Shown here one piece after another: positions 1 to 12,379 of a stretch of DNA of 64,000 bases. Below the pieces are notes generated by a model that did no database searches, had not been told where the DNA came from, and was given only the letters and a program-made list of their open reading frames with translations. Source of the stretch: Octopus sinensis (Eukaryota). The stretch lies in the NCBI RefSeq assembly GCF_006345805.1, contig NC_042999.1:42160001-42224000 (forward strand). The letters are read 5' to 3'. Position 1 is the first letter of the stretch. Each line of letters begins with the position of its first letter. A program made the translations under genes and the position numbers.

Positions 1-129
1 AGTCAACACACACACATACATACACACACACACAAACTGAAACCAAAAAATACACTTCAGACAGGAATGAAATGTTTGAAACCCCTAACTGAGAGAAATT
101 TGCAGACATCTCTTAATAGCTTCATGGCC

Positions 130-163
<34 letters not shown>

Positions 164-222
164 TTAATATTAATAATAATAATTATAATTATAATGATGA
201 TGATGATGATGATGATGATGAT
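130..222. repeat. (AAT)n/(GAT)n compound microsatellite
   Basis: Directly visible trinucleotide runs; source of the poly-N/poly-D ORF 67..249. Confidence 0.95.
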
Positions 223-822
223 AAAACGAACCAACTCAATCAAGTATAGCATTGATCAGCAGTATCAGACTATATAAAAATTCATCTGAGACAATTAGAT
301 TTATAAGTGGGCGTTCAAAAGCAGATCATAAAGAGTACAATAAACGCCGTAACAAAGTGGTAGTCCGAATGCACTGGAATTTGTGCAAGAAGTATGGGCT
401 AGAATGTTCTAAAAAGTGGTATGAGCACCAACCTTTGCCAGTAGCAGAGAATGATCAGAGAATGATCACATGGTATACGCCAATGTACACAAAACAAAAT
501 GCAACCTAACCGATGAGATATCACTTCTTCTACGGAAGGAGCCCAAAGAATGAACTTTCATCGACGTAGCTATACCTACAGACCAAAATAGTGTGAAGAT
601 AGACGACAAGAACGCCAGAGAGTACTAAGACGTAGCATACAGTCTCAAACACATAGTATCTCAAACGTGACTGTAGTACCTATTGCGATCGGTGCGTTCG
701 GGGCCATCTGAAAGAGAGAAATAATCTGGCACTAAAAGCTGCAAATGCCAAATTCATAGGAATTATTCAGTTGGTAGCAATAATTGGAGCCGCTCATGTG
801 TTGAGAAACATTTTGCGCAACT
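223..822 (+). mobile_element. R4/Dong-like (RLE-type) non-LTR retrotransposon, 3' remnant: CCHC knuckle plus restriction-like endonuclease
   Basis: ORF 252..509 reads RLYKNSSETIRFISG...EYNKRRNKV..HWNLCKKYG...KWYEHQP, matching the degenerate CCHC and RHN/WY.HQP motifs. Downstream of a stop the frame continues with FIDVAIPTDQN...K..EY. Several stops make it a pseudogenic remnant. Confidence 0.85.
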
Positions 823-918
823 AAGCTACGGGATGGAGCAGAGTCGTGACATAGCTAAATCAGGTTAAGTTTAGTCACTTAATGAATAATTATAATTATA
901 ATAACTATTATTATTATT

Positions 919-1085
919 GGCGGTGATCTTGGAAAAACTGTTAGCACGCCGGAAAAAACTCTTAGCGGCATTTCGTCCGTCTTTACGTTGTTAGGTCTAT
1001 AAAATAAGTACCAGTTGAGTACTGGGATCGATGAAATCGACTTTACTTTTACCTAAAAGTTTCAGGCCTTGTACCTTTAGAAGAT
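919..1085 (+). mobile_element. Degenerate tRNA-derived SINE (family B)
   Basis: ggcggtga...gttagcacgccgg...cttagcggcatttcgtcc...ataagtaccagttgagtactggg matches the better copies at 16.6, 45.6 and 58.3 kb. Confidence 0.7.
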
Positions 1086-1229
1086 AGAGGTCGGTTTTTG
1101 CCTTCCGTCCTTTTGAGATCTATGAAAGAAATTCCAGTTGAGCTCTGAGAATGATACAATCAACTAACTCCCACCACCAAAATTTAGAAGGGATTGTTAT
1201 TACTATTGTTGTTTTAGTCCAGTACTTGC

Positions 1230-2330
1230 CATGAAGGGGCTTTTCTTGCCATCGTTTTATCATGGTCCGTTGTTGTTCTAGTTTTAGTTTTGATTTCATT
1301 TGCTTTATAGCTTTTGTTCTGTTTTCTTCTTCTTTTTTTCTTCTTCGTTTTCTTCTTCTTCTTCATATTTGTTAGGTAGTATGATTTCTTGTTTGTATTT
1401 GTCAGCTTCCTTAAATACCGAGAACAATTTTTTGTTTTGCTCGTGTTTTGCCGCTATTTGTATCAGTTTTCCTTGCTTCTGAAGTAGGTATTTTCGCAGT
1501 CCTAAGGAGGTTATTTTATAGTAGTTTTCCAGCTTTATAAGGCCTCTACCACTTTCTATACGTTGTATATATAGCCTTTCTATGTCAGATTATTGGTGAT
1601 GCATTCTCGATCCTGTCATTATTTTTCTTGTTTTTCTATCTATTTTGGTTAGTTCATTTAGCGTCCAGTTAAGGATATTGTAGCTGTAACTTATAACTGG
1701 GACGGCTAAAGCGTTAATACCTATTATCTTGTTTTTAGCATTGAGCTCTGTTTTTAGTATTGATCTAACTCGTCTATAGTATTCTTTCTTTATTTTCTCT
1801 TTCATTTGTGTGTGTTGTGTCTTATCTATTTCATGGATTCCTAAATGTTTGTAAGTTTGGCTTTGGTCTAATTCTCTTATTTCATTTGCTTTATCTAGTG
1901 TGATGTTGCTACTCTTAATTAGTTTTCCTCTTTTCAGGGTTACTTTGGCGCATTTTTCTAATCCAAATTTCATATCTATTTCTTTGGTGAATCCATGAAC
2001 TGTCTTTAGTAGTGTTTCCAGCTGTTTGTCATTTGTAGCGTATAGTTTTAGGTCATCCATATATAAAAGGTAACTGATCGTTTTGCCGTAACATTTATAT
2101 CCGCATCCAGTTCTATTTAGCATATCAGATAGAGGTGACAGTGCCATCAGAAAAGGAGTGGAGAGAGCGTGTCTCCCTGGAATATTCCTCTTCTAATGGG
2201 GATGGCTTTGGTTTTCACGAGTCCCTCTTTTGTTTGGAGCTGTAGCACTGCTTGCCATTTATTCATAATGTCCTATGTATTTTATAATTGTTGGTACTAC
2301 TTTGTTTATGGCTAGTGCTTCCTTTGTTAA
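1230..2330 (-). mobile_element. R4/Dong-like non-LTR retrotransposon reverse transcriptase fragment
   Basis: ORF 1590..2147 contains YLLYMDDLKLY, KFGLEKCAKV, YKHLGI and AVPVISYSYNILNW. Upstream is IRRGIFQGDTLSPLLF; downstream is DIERLYIQRIESGRGL. Interrupted by stops. Confidence 0.92.
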
Positions 2331-2371
2331 CGTCCCCCGGTGTTCATTCTGTTAAACGTGCCCCGGTGTTC

Positions 2372-2372
<1 letters not shown>

Positions 2373-2402
<30 letters not shown>

Positions 2403-2493
2403 TTATTATTATTATATTATTATTATTATATTATTATTATTATTATATTATTATTATTATTATTATTATCATTATTATTATCATTATTATATT

Positions 2494-2556
<63 letters not shown>

Positions 2557-2607
2557 TATTATTATTTTATTATTATTATTATCATTATTATTATCATTAT
2601 TATTATT

Positions 2608-2675
<68 letters not shown>
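2373..2675. repeat. (CTT)n-(ATT/ATC)n microsatellite
   Basis: Direct inspection. Confidence 0.95.
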
Positions 2676-3249
2676 ATATCGCTTCTGTCGGACGTGCATC
2701 ATTCCAGCTCCCATAGTTTTGTTAAATAATGTTGAAATAATTTGTTTACTGTTGTGCATCTTGTGAATCCTTTTGTTTACTGCTGTGAATCTTTGTTGAA
2801 GTCTCGACCCCTACTTCAATGGGTGACGAGGGCTTCCGCCAAATTCTGCACGAAAAAAACGCAATTGTCAATATTTGTGTGATTTTGCTTGTTTGTTTTT
2901 TTTGGTTTGTTTGTTTTCTTTCTTTTCTTTCGTCTGTTTGCAATTATGACGACGACAACTCCCACCAACAAATCCATCGAGGAGGTTGCGTGAAAGTGTT
3001 TTCATACCACTACAAGCTACCACGAGAAAAACAACAATAAGAAAAGCAAAAATAACAGCAAATATTATAACGTTTTTAACACCAGCAGCAGCAGCAGCAA
3101 CTACAATAACAATAGTAGCAACAATAGCCCTCAACGAAATATCGCCAGTTACTGATCGTATGATCAGTACAAGGCAGTCCGTGTGCTTGATGGTTCCCTT
3201 CCAGATAGGAAATCTCACTCCGATGTACTCCATATTTCTCATAAGGGAA

Positions 3250-3600
3250 AAGTGATTAAGCTTCTATACACAATGCTTAGGGGTAAGGACCTGTCGCATT
3301 AAGGTAGAGAGAGATTCCTCATGTTGGACATCTTGTGGTTGTTGAACTGTGTTTCTCTTCGAAGGGCAGCGACAGCTCTTCGAATTGAAACGAATAGGGA
3401 GGCAGTTTAGGTCTGGAACACCAATGAAAATTTCCCTCGAGGTCCAGCCTGGTGAGGTAGAATATATCCCAGATCTTATTCACCTTCCCAACGAAGTGCA
3501 GATACGTGTTGCAGTTTAGGGTAGAAGGCCAAGGTGCAGAAGGCCATATCAGAGCTTTCCATCTTCCGCAAAGTCTGGAAAGAAGATCCACTGCACGACT
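3250..3600 (+). mobile_element. Probable L1/Tx1-clade ORF1 remnant (zinc-knuckle region)
   Basis: Frameshifted translation GVRTCRIKV...EYIPDLIHLPNEVQIRVAV*GRRPRCRR / EGHIRAF resembles the GRRP-C..C...GH knuckle of Tx1-type ORF1. A Tx1-type APE domain lies 1.3 kb downstream on the same strand. Confidence 0.45.
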
Positions 3601-4089
3601 ATTACCGACACCACAGCCTCAACAACAGTAGAGTACAGCATAAGTACAGCAGTAGCAACGAAGAGAACAGGATCAAGATCAGGAAAGAAGCAACACTGAT
3701 AACAACAGAAGCGACAGCAAGACCAACATCAACAACACCCACAACAACAGAACCATAACCAGCCGCCTAGAAAAAGCCCCAAACTAACTTCGTTCTCTAT
3801 TACTTTCTCCCTCCATCTTCCCCTCTCTCACTTTCTCTCTCTCTATTACCTTTTCTATCTATCTATCCTTCCTCCTCTCTCTCTCTCTCTCTCTCTCTCT
3901 ATTCCCTCTTTTTGAAATGCAGACACAATTATAGACAAATACGAAAACATACTTTTGTTCTCTTGCATCAGATCCCTAAGATGTGGAAGTATCATTTTGC
4001 GATGAGGAGAAACAACAAAGTAACGCAAAACACACGCTTGCATGCGCATGCAAACTCACAAGCACAGCTTCAATAAAACATGCCCACTT

Positions 4090-4210
4090 TGTGGTGATAA
4101 GGATCACTTATAAAAGATGTTGTGGTGATAAGGATCACTTATCAAAAATGCTGTGGTGATAAGGATCACTTATAAAAAAATGTTGTGGTGATAAGGATCA
4201 CTTATAAAAA
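4090..4210. repeat. Tandem repeat, 4 x about 31-32 bp (tgtggtgataaggatcacttataaaa...)
   Basis: Four adjacent near-identical units; each has a gtgat-aagg-atcac mini-hairpin followed by TATAAA-like sequence. Confidence 0.9.
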
Positions 4211-4899
4211 GCTGATGTCTTTCATCGCACAAAAGGAGAACATTGAAACAGAGGGAAAGGTCTTCACGTCCAGTACTGTCAAAGAACCAAAAATCTTTTC
4301 ATTAATAAGGATGAACTTGGAGACATACAAACTATTGAGGGAGGTTTTCTCAATAACGTGAGAATCCAGAAGGCAAGTTACCAACAGTAAGCTCCAATAA
4401 GAGTTCCAAAAGGAACCCCAGAATTTCAGGGACACCGAGCTAACCAGTCTTCGGGACCAAGAATTGGGTAAGTATCCCGTTTTTCGTCTTTTTCCTCTCT
4501 CTTCCTTCTCTTTCTACCAGTATGATCACTCCAAGAGTGTTGTCTATAAATACATGTGAGCAGGAATTACCCGCGAAGCAAGGTCACTTACTAAATGATA
4601 CTCAAGGGGCTAGTTTGGATGTGATACTCATTGGCGAAACCAGAATTTTCGACATAAGTCCCACAGTGCCCATTGCTGCTAATCTTTGAGATCTTCGCAT
4701 CCCTTACTTAATCCGATATAGGGGCAGAGTGGCTATGCTGCTCCGATAAGATCCGGCCCCCAAAATTTCGGGCCTTGTGCCTAGAGTAGAAAAGGATAGA
4801 GGTGAAATAAAGGAGTCGATATAGATCTAATCGACTGGCCCCCTCCCCCAAAATTTCGGGCCATGTGCCTAGAGTAGAAAAGGATGAGATCCGGGCCTT

Positions 4900-5690
4900 G
4901 AGGTACGGTAGATCTTCTTGGACTCAGGAAGTAAGTTGGTGGACCTAAGCGGGAAGAGGAGTGAGGGAGTTGCCTCTACACAAGTCAGCGTGCATGCCCC
5001 GACAGGAATGGGGAGATGAGATTTCTTTTGGTGTTTGAAGGTTTTCCTGGGAAATCCTGTTCTTTAGTGCTAGTTGGATTCGGAACGCAATCTCGGATGC
5101 ATATGCTCGGCCGATTCCAACTGGGTGACACGTAGACTGGATTTTCCGAATACACCAATGTGTAAATGAACAAACAGTGTCGTGTCATCCGGATCGCATG
5201 TAGATAAAGTATTCTATAGGCCAGTCGCAAGGATAGCATATTTTATCCACACTACAAAGTAGTCGGCTTCGCAGACCACAAGCGTGTAATCTATACTGTC
5301 TGTACTGCAAAGAAAGAGACGAAATTAGAGAAGTAACTGATAGGAGCAATCGTCAACAACTGCTGGTGATTAGCTTTGAAAAAGGCTATTAGATGTAAAT
5401 TCATATGGTTTTGTAAGAAAAGAGCGATAGAGAGTTCTAGAGTAGACTAGTCAGTTACAGGCCTACAATGAAAAGGTATTGCGACTGATGTGTTAGTGAT
5501 AAGATTGACCGTTGGCTGATTCTTCAACGCTAAGCACGAACGTTGCGTTTTCAGAGTTAGGGCAGGTACTCTAAAGCATGAAGGGACGAAAGCTGTTCGA
5601 TGGCCCCGGGTTGCGGAAGCCCAATGTAGTAACAAAATCCACAATTTGGTCTTTGACAGATCGCGAAGGGGTGATTGTATCTGTTTAAGG
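4900..5690 (+). mobile_element. L1/Tx1-clade ORF2 N-terminus (APE endonuclease) remnant
   Basis: Frameshifted motifs FLDSGSKLV, VSVHAPTG, LVLVG(DW)NAI.DA, YKVVGFADHKRV (SDH-type motif) and GAIVNNCW*LALKKAIR. Confidence 0.7.
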
Positions 5691-6771
5691 TGACCATTAT
5701 CCGACCTAACCTCATGCTAGTATCTCCAACCCATAATGTGGAAGAACTTTAGAAAACATTTACCAGCATTTTCCCATTCCATTGACAACATTATATAACA
5801 AAATTTAAATCATCTGATACCCTCTCGAGTAACAGTCGCCAATATTTCGATTACTTCTTATATGATGGTCGTTTCATGCTTTTGGCAAATACTGTGCTTA
5901 GCTTCACTCCAATCTCTCTACATTTTTTCCTACCTTTCCAGATTTTCACCTATTTTTCGACTTTCAGTTGTTCCAACTAAACACCGTCAAATAGAGCTAA
6001 TTATTAATGCTAGTTGACAATCGCCATTTCGAACAACGAATTAAAAATCACGTGATCAGAACGGTTTACGTTTTATTTTGTGGGAGCGAATGTGTATTCG
6101 CGCCTACCTGTGTGTGACAGTGTACGCGTTTGTATGTGTGTATATTTGAGTATTTTTGCATGTGTGTATCTTTATATTTGTGCGCTACGTTACGACTTTT
6201 TTTTCTGGTGGTTTTACTCAATTTTATTATTATTATTCTTTTTAGTGGGGGTCTTTTTCGCTTTTCGTCTTCTGCCTATTTGATCGTTTCATTTTTCCTT
6301 CCATTTTTCACTTTACAAAGACAAAAAAAATAAATGAATAAATAAATAAATAACAATTCCTTAATTCCACCAGTATCAGTCAACAAAATTGTTCTTGGCA
6401 TCAACTGGAATCGCTTAAAATTTTCAGGCTGATGAAGAAAGAAGATGTAAAGTAAAAATGAAACAAAATATAATTTAAACAGCAGAAGAAGAAGAAAAAA
6501 ATTTCAAATCAAAACAGACATGTGAGGGAAAACGTAAAAATGGGTGAACAGAAAAAAAAATGAAAACCAGAGATAGACGGAAATGAAAAGATGAGAGTGA
6601 AGAGAAAAATAGCGCGTTCGTGTGTGTGTGTGTTGTGTGTGTGTGTGTGTGTGTGTGTGAGTTTTACTTTTTTTCTATAAAGGTGGGAGGGCGTGTGCAA
6701 GAAAAAAAGGTTGAAAGTAAAGTTTGACGATTCTGATGCTGCTCCTGCTATTTTTCATCACTGAAGGTAAC

Positions 6772-6813
<42 letters not shown>

Positions 6814-7310
6814 ATGATGATGATGATGATGATGGTGGTGGTGATGATGGTGGTGATGATGATGATGGTGGTGGTGATGGTGATGATGATGATGATGATG
6901 ATGATGACGACGACGAAGACGACGATGACGACGTCGATGAGGATTGTGATAATGATGATGATGATGATGATGATGGTGAGGAGGAGGATAAGAAGGAGAT
7001 GTGGAGGAGTAGGAGGAAGAGAAAGGGTTTGTGGAGGAGTAGGAAAAGGAGGAGGTGGAGAAGGAGGAGATGACGAAGACGACGACAACGACGATGATGA
7101 TAATGATGATGATGATGACGACAATGATGTCATAATCATCGTTTAATCAGCAGCAGCAACAAGGAACACTGACACCACAATCCCCATCACTCTAATCAAG
7201 ATAAAAATATTTATGACTTTCAAGATGATGATGATGATGATACTGATGATGATGACAATATGATGACGATGATGATGACGATGGTGATGATCATGATCAT
7301 GGTGATGATC

Positions 7311-7353
<43 letters not shown>

Positions 7354-8106
7354 CGACGACGATGATGATGATGATGATGATGCAGACACCAACACCACGA
7401 TGATGATGAGGAGGAGGAGGATAATGATGACGACGACGACGACGACGACGATGACGATGATGATGATGATGATGATGATAATGATGATAATGACGATGTT
7501 GATGACGACGATGATGATGATGCTGATGGTGATGATGACCACGACGACGATGATGATGAAGATGTAGGTGATGACGATGATGATAACGACCACCACAACT
7601 ACGACTACGACCACGATGATGATGATGATGATGATGATGTTATGGGTATTGTTATTGTCACCGGATCATTTAGAATCGGGTAAATATTAAGACTTTAATT
7701 GGGCTTGTCAGAAGTCCGGTTTTAGATTTTGATTCCAAGTGACAGTAAAATGGAGCGAGTGTGAACGGTTGAAATAAATGATGCACGGAAACGAATGATG
7801 AAGAAGAAGAAGAAGAAGAAGAAGAAGAAGAAGAAGAAGAAGAAGAAGAAGAAGAAGAAGAAGAAGAAGAAGAAGAAGAAGAAGAAGAAGAAGAAGAAGA
7901 AGAAGAAGAAGAAGACGTGTAGAATGGCAAAGAAATAATGTAAACCAACGAAGGAAAGTATGTAAAAAAAAACAACAACAACAACAATAACACCGGTAGC
8001 AACAGCAACAGCAACAACAATAACGATAATAATAATAATAATGATAACAATAATGGTAATAGCAATGGCAATAAGTACTAGAACAAGAATAATAAAATCG
8101 TTACTG

Positions 8107-8170
<64 letters not shown>

Positions 8171-8356
8171 TAATAATAATAATAATGATGATGATGATCA
8201 TGATCATGATGATGATGGTGATACATACTGAAATAATTTTCAAAGAGGAAATAAAAATGAATACTAATTGAGAAAAAAACAGAACAATAGGGAAAATATT
8301 GTGAGAGTTGGGGGCAAAAACCAAAATGAATAAAATATGAAAAGGAACACCACTAG

Positions 8357-8391
<35 letters not shown>

Positions 8392-8456
8392 GATGATGAT
8401 GATGATGACGATGATGATGATGACGATGATGATGATGACGGTGATGATGATGACGG

Positions 8457-8511
<55 letters not shown>

Positions 8512-8630
8512 GGTGCTTGTGTACTTGTGGTGGTGGTGAAGGAGGAGCAGAAGAAGAAGAAAGAAGAAGAAGAAGAAGAAGAAGAAGAAGAAGAAGAAGA
8601 AGAAGAAGAAGAAGAAGAAGAAGAAATAGT
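6772..8630. repeat. About 1.9-kb compound trinucleotide microsatellite field (GAT, GAC, GGT, GAA, AAT, AAC)
   Basis: Direct inspection; explains all poly-D/M/I/S/H/E ORFs between 6675 and 8686. Confidence 0.95.
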
Positions 8631-9119
8631 GGAGAAAAAAAAGAATACCGAAATATTTGAAAATGTTTAAGCAATTTTAATTTCATTTAAAATGTCATAT
8701 ATTATTATTATAAGGCTGAGCTGTCTGTTATGTAACAACTTATAGTTTCTTTCGAATTTTTAATGCATTTTTCTCAATTTTTTATTTTTAGCATTTATAA
8801 CATTTTAAAGTTGCATTCAAAACTACCTGCAGAGCTGGTTCGTAGTTTAACAAAAATATATATTCTGCACTGCATCAAAGCTCGATAGGTTTAGTGAATA
8901 CTGCTGGCGGCTACAGAATCGTTCACATTAAGGATGTCGCCAGAAGTAAGGTCGTGTGGCATGGACTGAAAGATTTTGTGAACTGCACGGTAATATATAG
9001 GAGAATAATGGTATATTTAGTATTTTCTGTTGTGTCTCTCTTTCGCGTCTCTCTCCCATGCAGTGAAGCAATCGCAGGGATACCTGTAATTACCAATGTA
9101 TATGTTCTATCTTCTATCT

Positions 9120-9410
9120 TTTATTCGCTTCAGTCAGTAGACTGCGGCCATGTTAGAGCACTGCCTTGGTGTATCTTTTGTTTTCTTTTAGTCGAATGAG
9201 CCTACTCCCGTACTTATTTTCGCAAGCCTGTTGCGTGTTTTGTCGTTGTCTTTTGCCGAACCGGTAAGTTACGGGGACGTAAACACACCAGCACCGGCTA
9301 TCAAACGGTGGTGGAGGACAAATACTGACACACACAGACACAAACACACACATATCTCTACGACAGACCGAAACCATGTGGTTTGGAAGCAAGTTTCTTA
9401 CCACACATCC
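9120..9410 (-). mobile_element. SINE family A, internally deleted copy
   Basis: Contains ttttgccgaaccggtaagttacggggacgtaaacacaccagc and the head remnant aaccatgtggtt...ttaccacac. Confidence 0.75.
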
Positions 9411-9599
9411 ATACTTGATTTTTTTTCTTATCTTATATTCGGGAGAGTGAGAGAAAGTGCATGGTCTATGGCTCTTTATAGAACCTCTAAGACTGAGAGC
9501 AGTAGAGAAGAAATTATTCTGAAATTTGCAACTAAGTCCGAATGCTTACAAAACAGAACACTCCGCTAAAGTTATTCAACCTTATAGACTTTGCGTAGA

Positions 9600-10250
9600 C
9601 ACCTGAATGCAAATTTATAGGCCAAAATTATCAAATTCGCCCCCTTGTTCGGCCCCTTTCTAACAGTGTGACTATACCGTGGCTCTTAGAAATGATAACT
9701 CACGTATTCTGTTGCCATGCGCATTAGACATTTGCCAAGATGTCGACAGAGTAAGCCTGGTATATAAAAGTGAGGCTCATGGGGTAGACCATCCAAGCTT
9801 GATGACTTCTTCACCATGCAACTAACCAAAGTTTCCCGTATTTCTTCAGGTGCTTTCGGCTTTCATGGATCTCCGCATCCTTATCCGAGAGTTGTGACAG
9901 GTCGTTGAGGTAAACAGTAAAATTCACATCTGTCTCCTGTTCAAAGTCCGCTCCAAACGGTCGGGCAAAGTGCTACTGAAAAGTTGCACACATTTGCTTG
10001 GAATCGAGTAGCATGCGATCATACCGGTACATCAAAAGCGTATTATGGCCCTCTTCCTTTATATGGTTCTACTTCCCTGGCAGAGCTGTTGTTCCCCCAT
10101 GTCCTAGAGCATGTTCTCTAGCTTTAACAATAGTCTTTGTGTTTCGCATACGTAATCAGTCAAGAGCTTATCTCGTCGCAATCACGCTGGTTGAGATGTC
10201 TTTCCCAGGTACCATGTCTCGGTTCGAAACTAATTTCACCTCAATAATCT
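9600..10250 (-). mobile_element. L1/Tx1-clade ORF2 remnant (linker and RT N-terminus)
   Basis: Minus-strand translation includes VSCMVKKSSSLDGLPHE (SPG.DGLP.E motif) preceded by a Tx1-like linker; many frameshifts. Confidence 0.6.
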
Positions 10251-10419
10251 AAACTTCTCTATCATTATTTCCATACTGAAACTTATACACCCTAATCTAG
10301 TAGCCTTTTCAGGGCTAGATAACATCGTTCGCTGAAAACTTCCTCTGTGAAATCACGGTCGGTATATAAGGTGAATTCTAGAAATCTTCAGATTCCTTCA
10401 GGAGAGACATTTATTAATT

Positions 10420-11000
10420 TCAAAGAAATACAAAACACCAATCTCCTTCAAAGTAGGAGCTTCTGACGTCAAGCTATTTGTGTTGCTTCAGCCACTTCAT
10501 GAAGGACCCATGGAAGTCCTCGTAAAAGGTGTCCGAGTCCCTTGTCACACCTACCTTCATCTTCAAAACGACTGCCCCTGGGGCTCCCCTTCAGCTTGGT
10601 GGACAACCAAATGTCACATGGAACAAGGTCCAGACTGTAACTTCGATACCCACCTCTATCAAGAATTTTGTTACCAAGATCTCCGTCATTAAGCACCCTG
10701 AGAACGCACTTTCAGACCCTCATGACTCTCTCCAAACTGTATACATATTGTCACAACGGTCCTCATCCAGAAAATTGGGAATTTAATTTTCTTAACCAGC
10801 TTTTATGTTCTGCCGTAGCTCTCCTTCCCATACCGCTCATCGTTTACCATTCTTGAACCTTTTGTCCTAGCAAAACATTTAATCCATATACAATCTGAGA
10901 TATGTCATAAGTTTCTCTCATGTTTTGCCCAGTTTAGCACAAACCTTTATTGAATAACTATCTTCCAAACGTCGATGGCATTCTGCAAAATAGTCGGCTG
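10420..11000 (-). mobile_element. Mariner transposase remnant, internally deleted
   Basis: YSLDLVPCDIWLSTKLK (YSPDLAPCD motif), EDFHGSFMKWL...YFEGD C-terminus, and an N-terminal IKVCAKLGKT HTH-like segment near 10900-10950. Confidence 0.85.
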
Positions 11001-11621
11001 TGTCAAACAGTGTTACGTAGGTTTAGGGTTCAAATTTAGAATAACAAAAGTTGGCAGGCGAGCTTATTAAATGTATAGTAACGATATACTAAAACTATTA
11101 AAGCCCGCGGAGAGCGCAGACCTCCACCAAGCAGCTCATTTCCACCCATATACACGCATGCTGAAAATCGCACCAATTTCCCAAACCAACGCCAGCAAAA
11201 ACATAACTTCCTTGGCGGAGGTAAAAAAATATCACGGCCATATGATTTAAAAAAGAAACCTAACCCTATACCTAACCTTACCAAACTATACCTACCTACC
11301 TACTTTACATTCTTCTGTGGTCAGTATAGTATCAATTATCCCTCAAGGGTCAAGCATCAGTTGTTGTTACCACTACCTCCTCCTCTGCTGCTGCTTTAGC
11401 AACCCTTGATGTTAGTGTCATTTAATTTCTGAAATGTTTCGCTGCCGTTTGTTCTTGTTGTTTGATCTCTTTACCCATCAGTTTCTAGTAAGATAGATAC
11501 GCGAGTAAAATTACTAATAGAGAAACGAAAATAAAACTTTGGAAACAACAATGCCACCAAAGGTTACGTGTTTTCAACGTGAGATAATCAGAGAAAGACT
11601 TCAAACAACGTAACATTGTAA

Positions 11622-12082
11622 TCTATATATATAAAACTCTAGTTGTGTGAGTGTCTGTCCCCTTCGATTTAGATTCCTAACTCCTCCCACATTTTGCGGT
11701 GCAGTTTAACCAAATTCGGGTATCTTATAGTCGTGATTCATATCGAGCCCGTCTGACTATTAGCGCGCGTCAACGATGAGTCTATGATTTTAAAAATAAT
11801 TTAACATCATTTTTTATTCCATTTTAATGCATAAAATGCATCGTGTGTCGATGGCAGCGGAGTTGGCGTCCACGCTCACAGCTGCACCTGTTTGCTTCTC
11901 CCCCTTCCCTCCCTCGTGAAGCTGTGGGGAAGGGAGTGTAAAGAAATCAACGTCGTAAAGCGTTGTGAAGGAGACCAGCGTTCTTTTAGAACAACGACTT
12001 CATGGCTTGAAGACACCAAAACAAAAATGCTTATATAGTTATTTCCCTTACAAACCCGAGCAACGCCGGGCGATACTGCTAG
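11622..12082 (+). mobile_element. Complete non-autonomous Helitron (461 bp)
   Basis: Starts TC (TCTATATATATAAAACT) after an A. Ends with the hairpin cccgagcaacgccggg (12055-12070) and CTAG (12079-12082), followed by T. A^T insertion with no TSD. Confidence 0.85.
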
Positions 12083-12379
12083 TACTTCATGTAAAGTAAA
12101 TATATCAAATGAAAAATCCTTCAAACTTCCTTAAAAATTCTCGGATCACTACCAAAATTTCATCATCTGTTCCTTGTGTCATTACCAACTTTTTCTGCAA
12201 GTTCATCAAATACCGTTCACAACTGTTTGAGTTATTTTGCACACAGACGGACAGATGGACAAGCCAACGCCGATGAAAACACAATCTCCTTCCTTGGCGG
12301 AGGTAATTACAATCTAAGATAGTTATAACTGCCTCTTCCCAAAACGTCTCTTAACTTCTGGAATGTACCTTTTGTGAAA

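Noticed and set aside
4090-4210. CRISPR-like short hairpin repeats
   Set aside because: The intervening bases are near-identical rather than unique spacers; it is a simple tandem repeat.
6425-6480. CTGATGA followed by GAAA
   Set aside because: No stem I, II or III complementarity.
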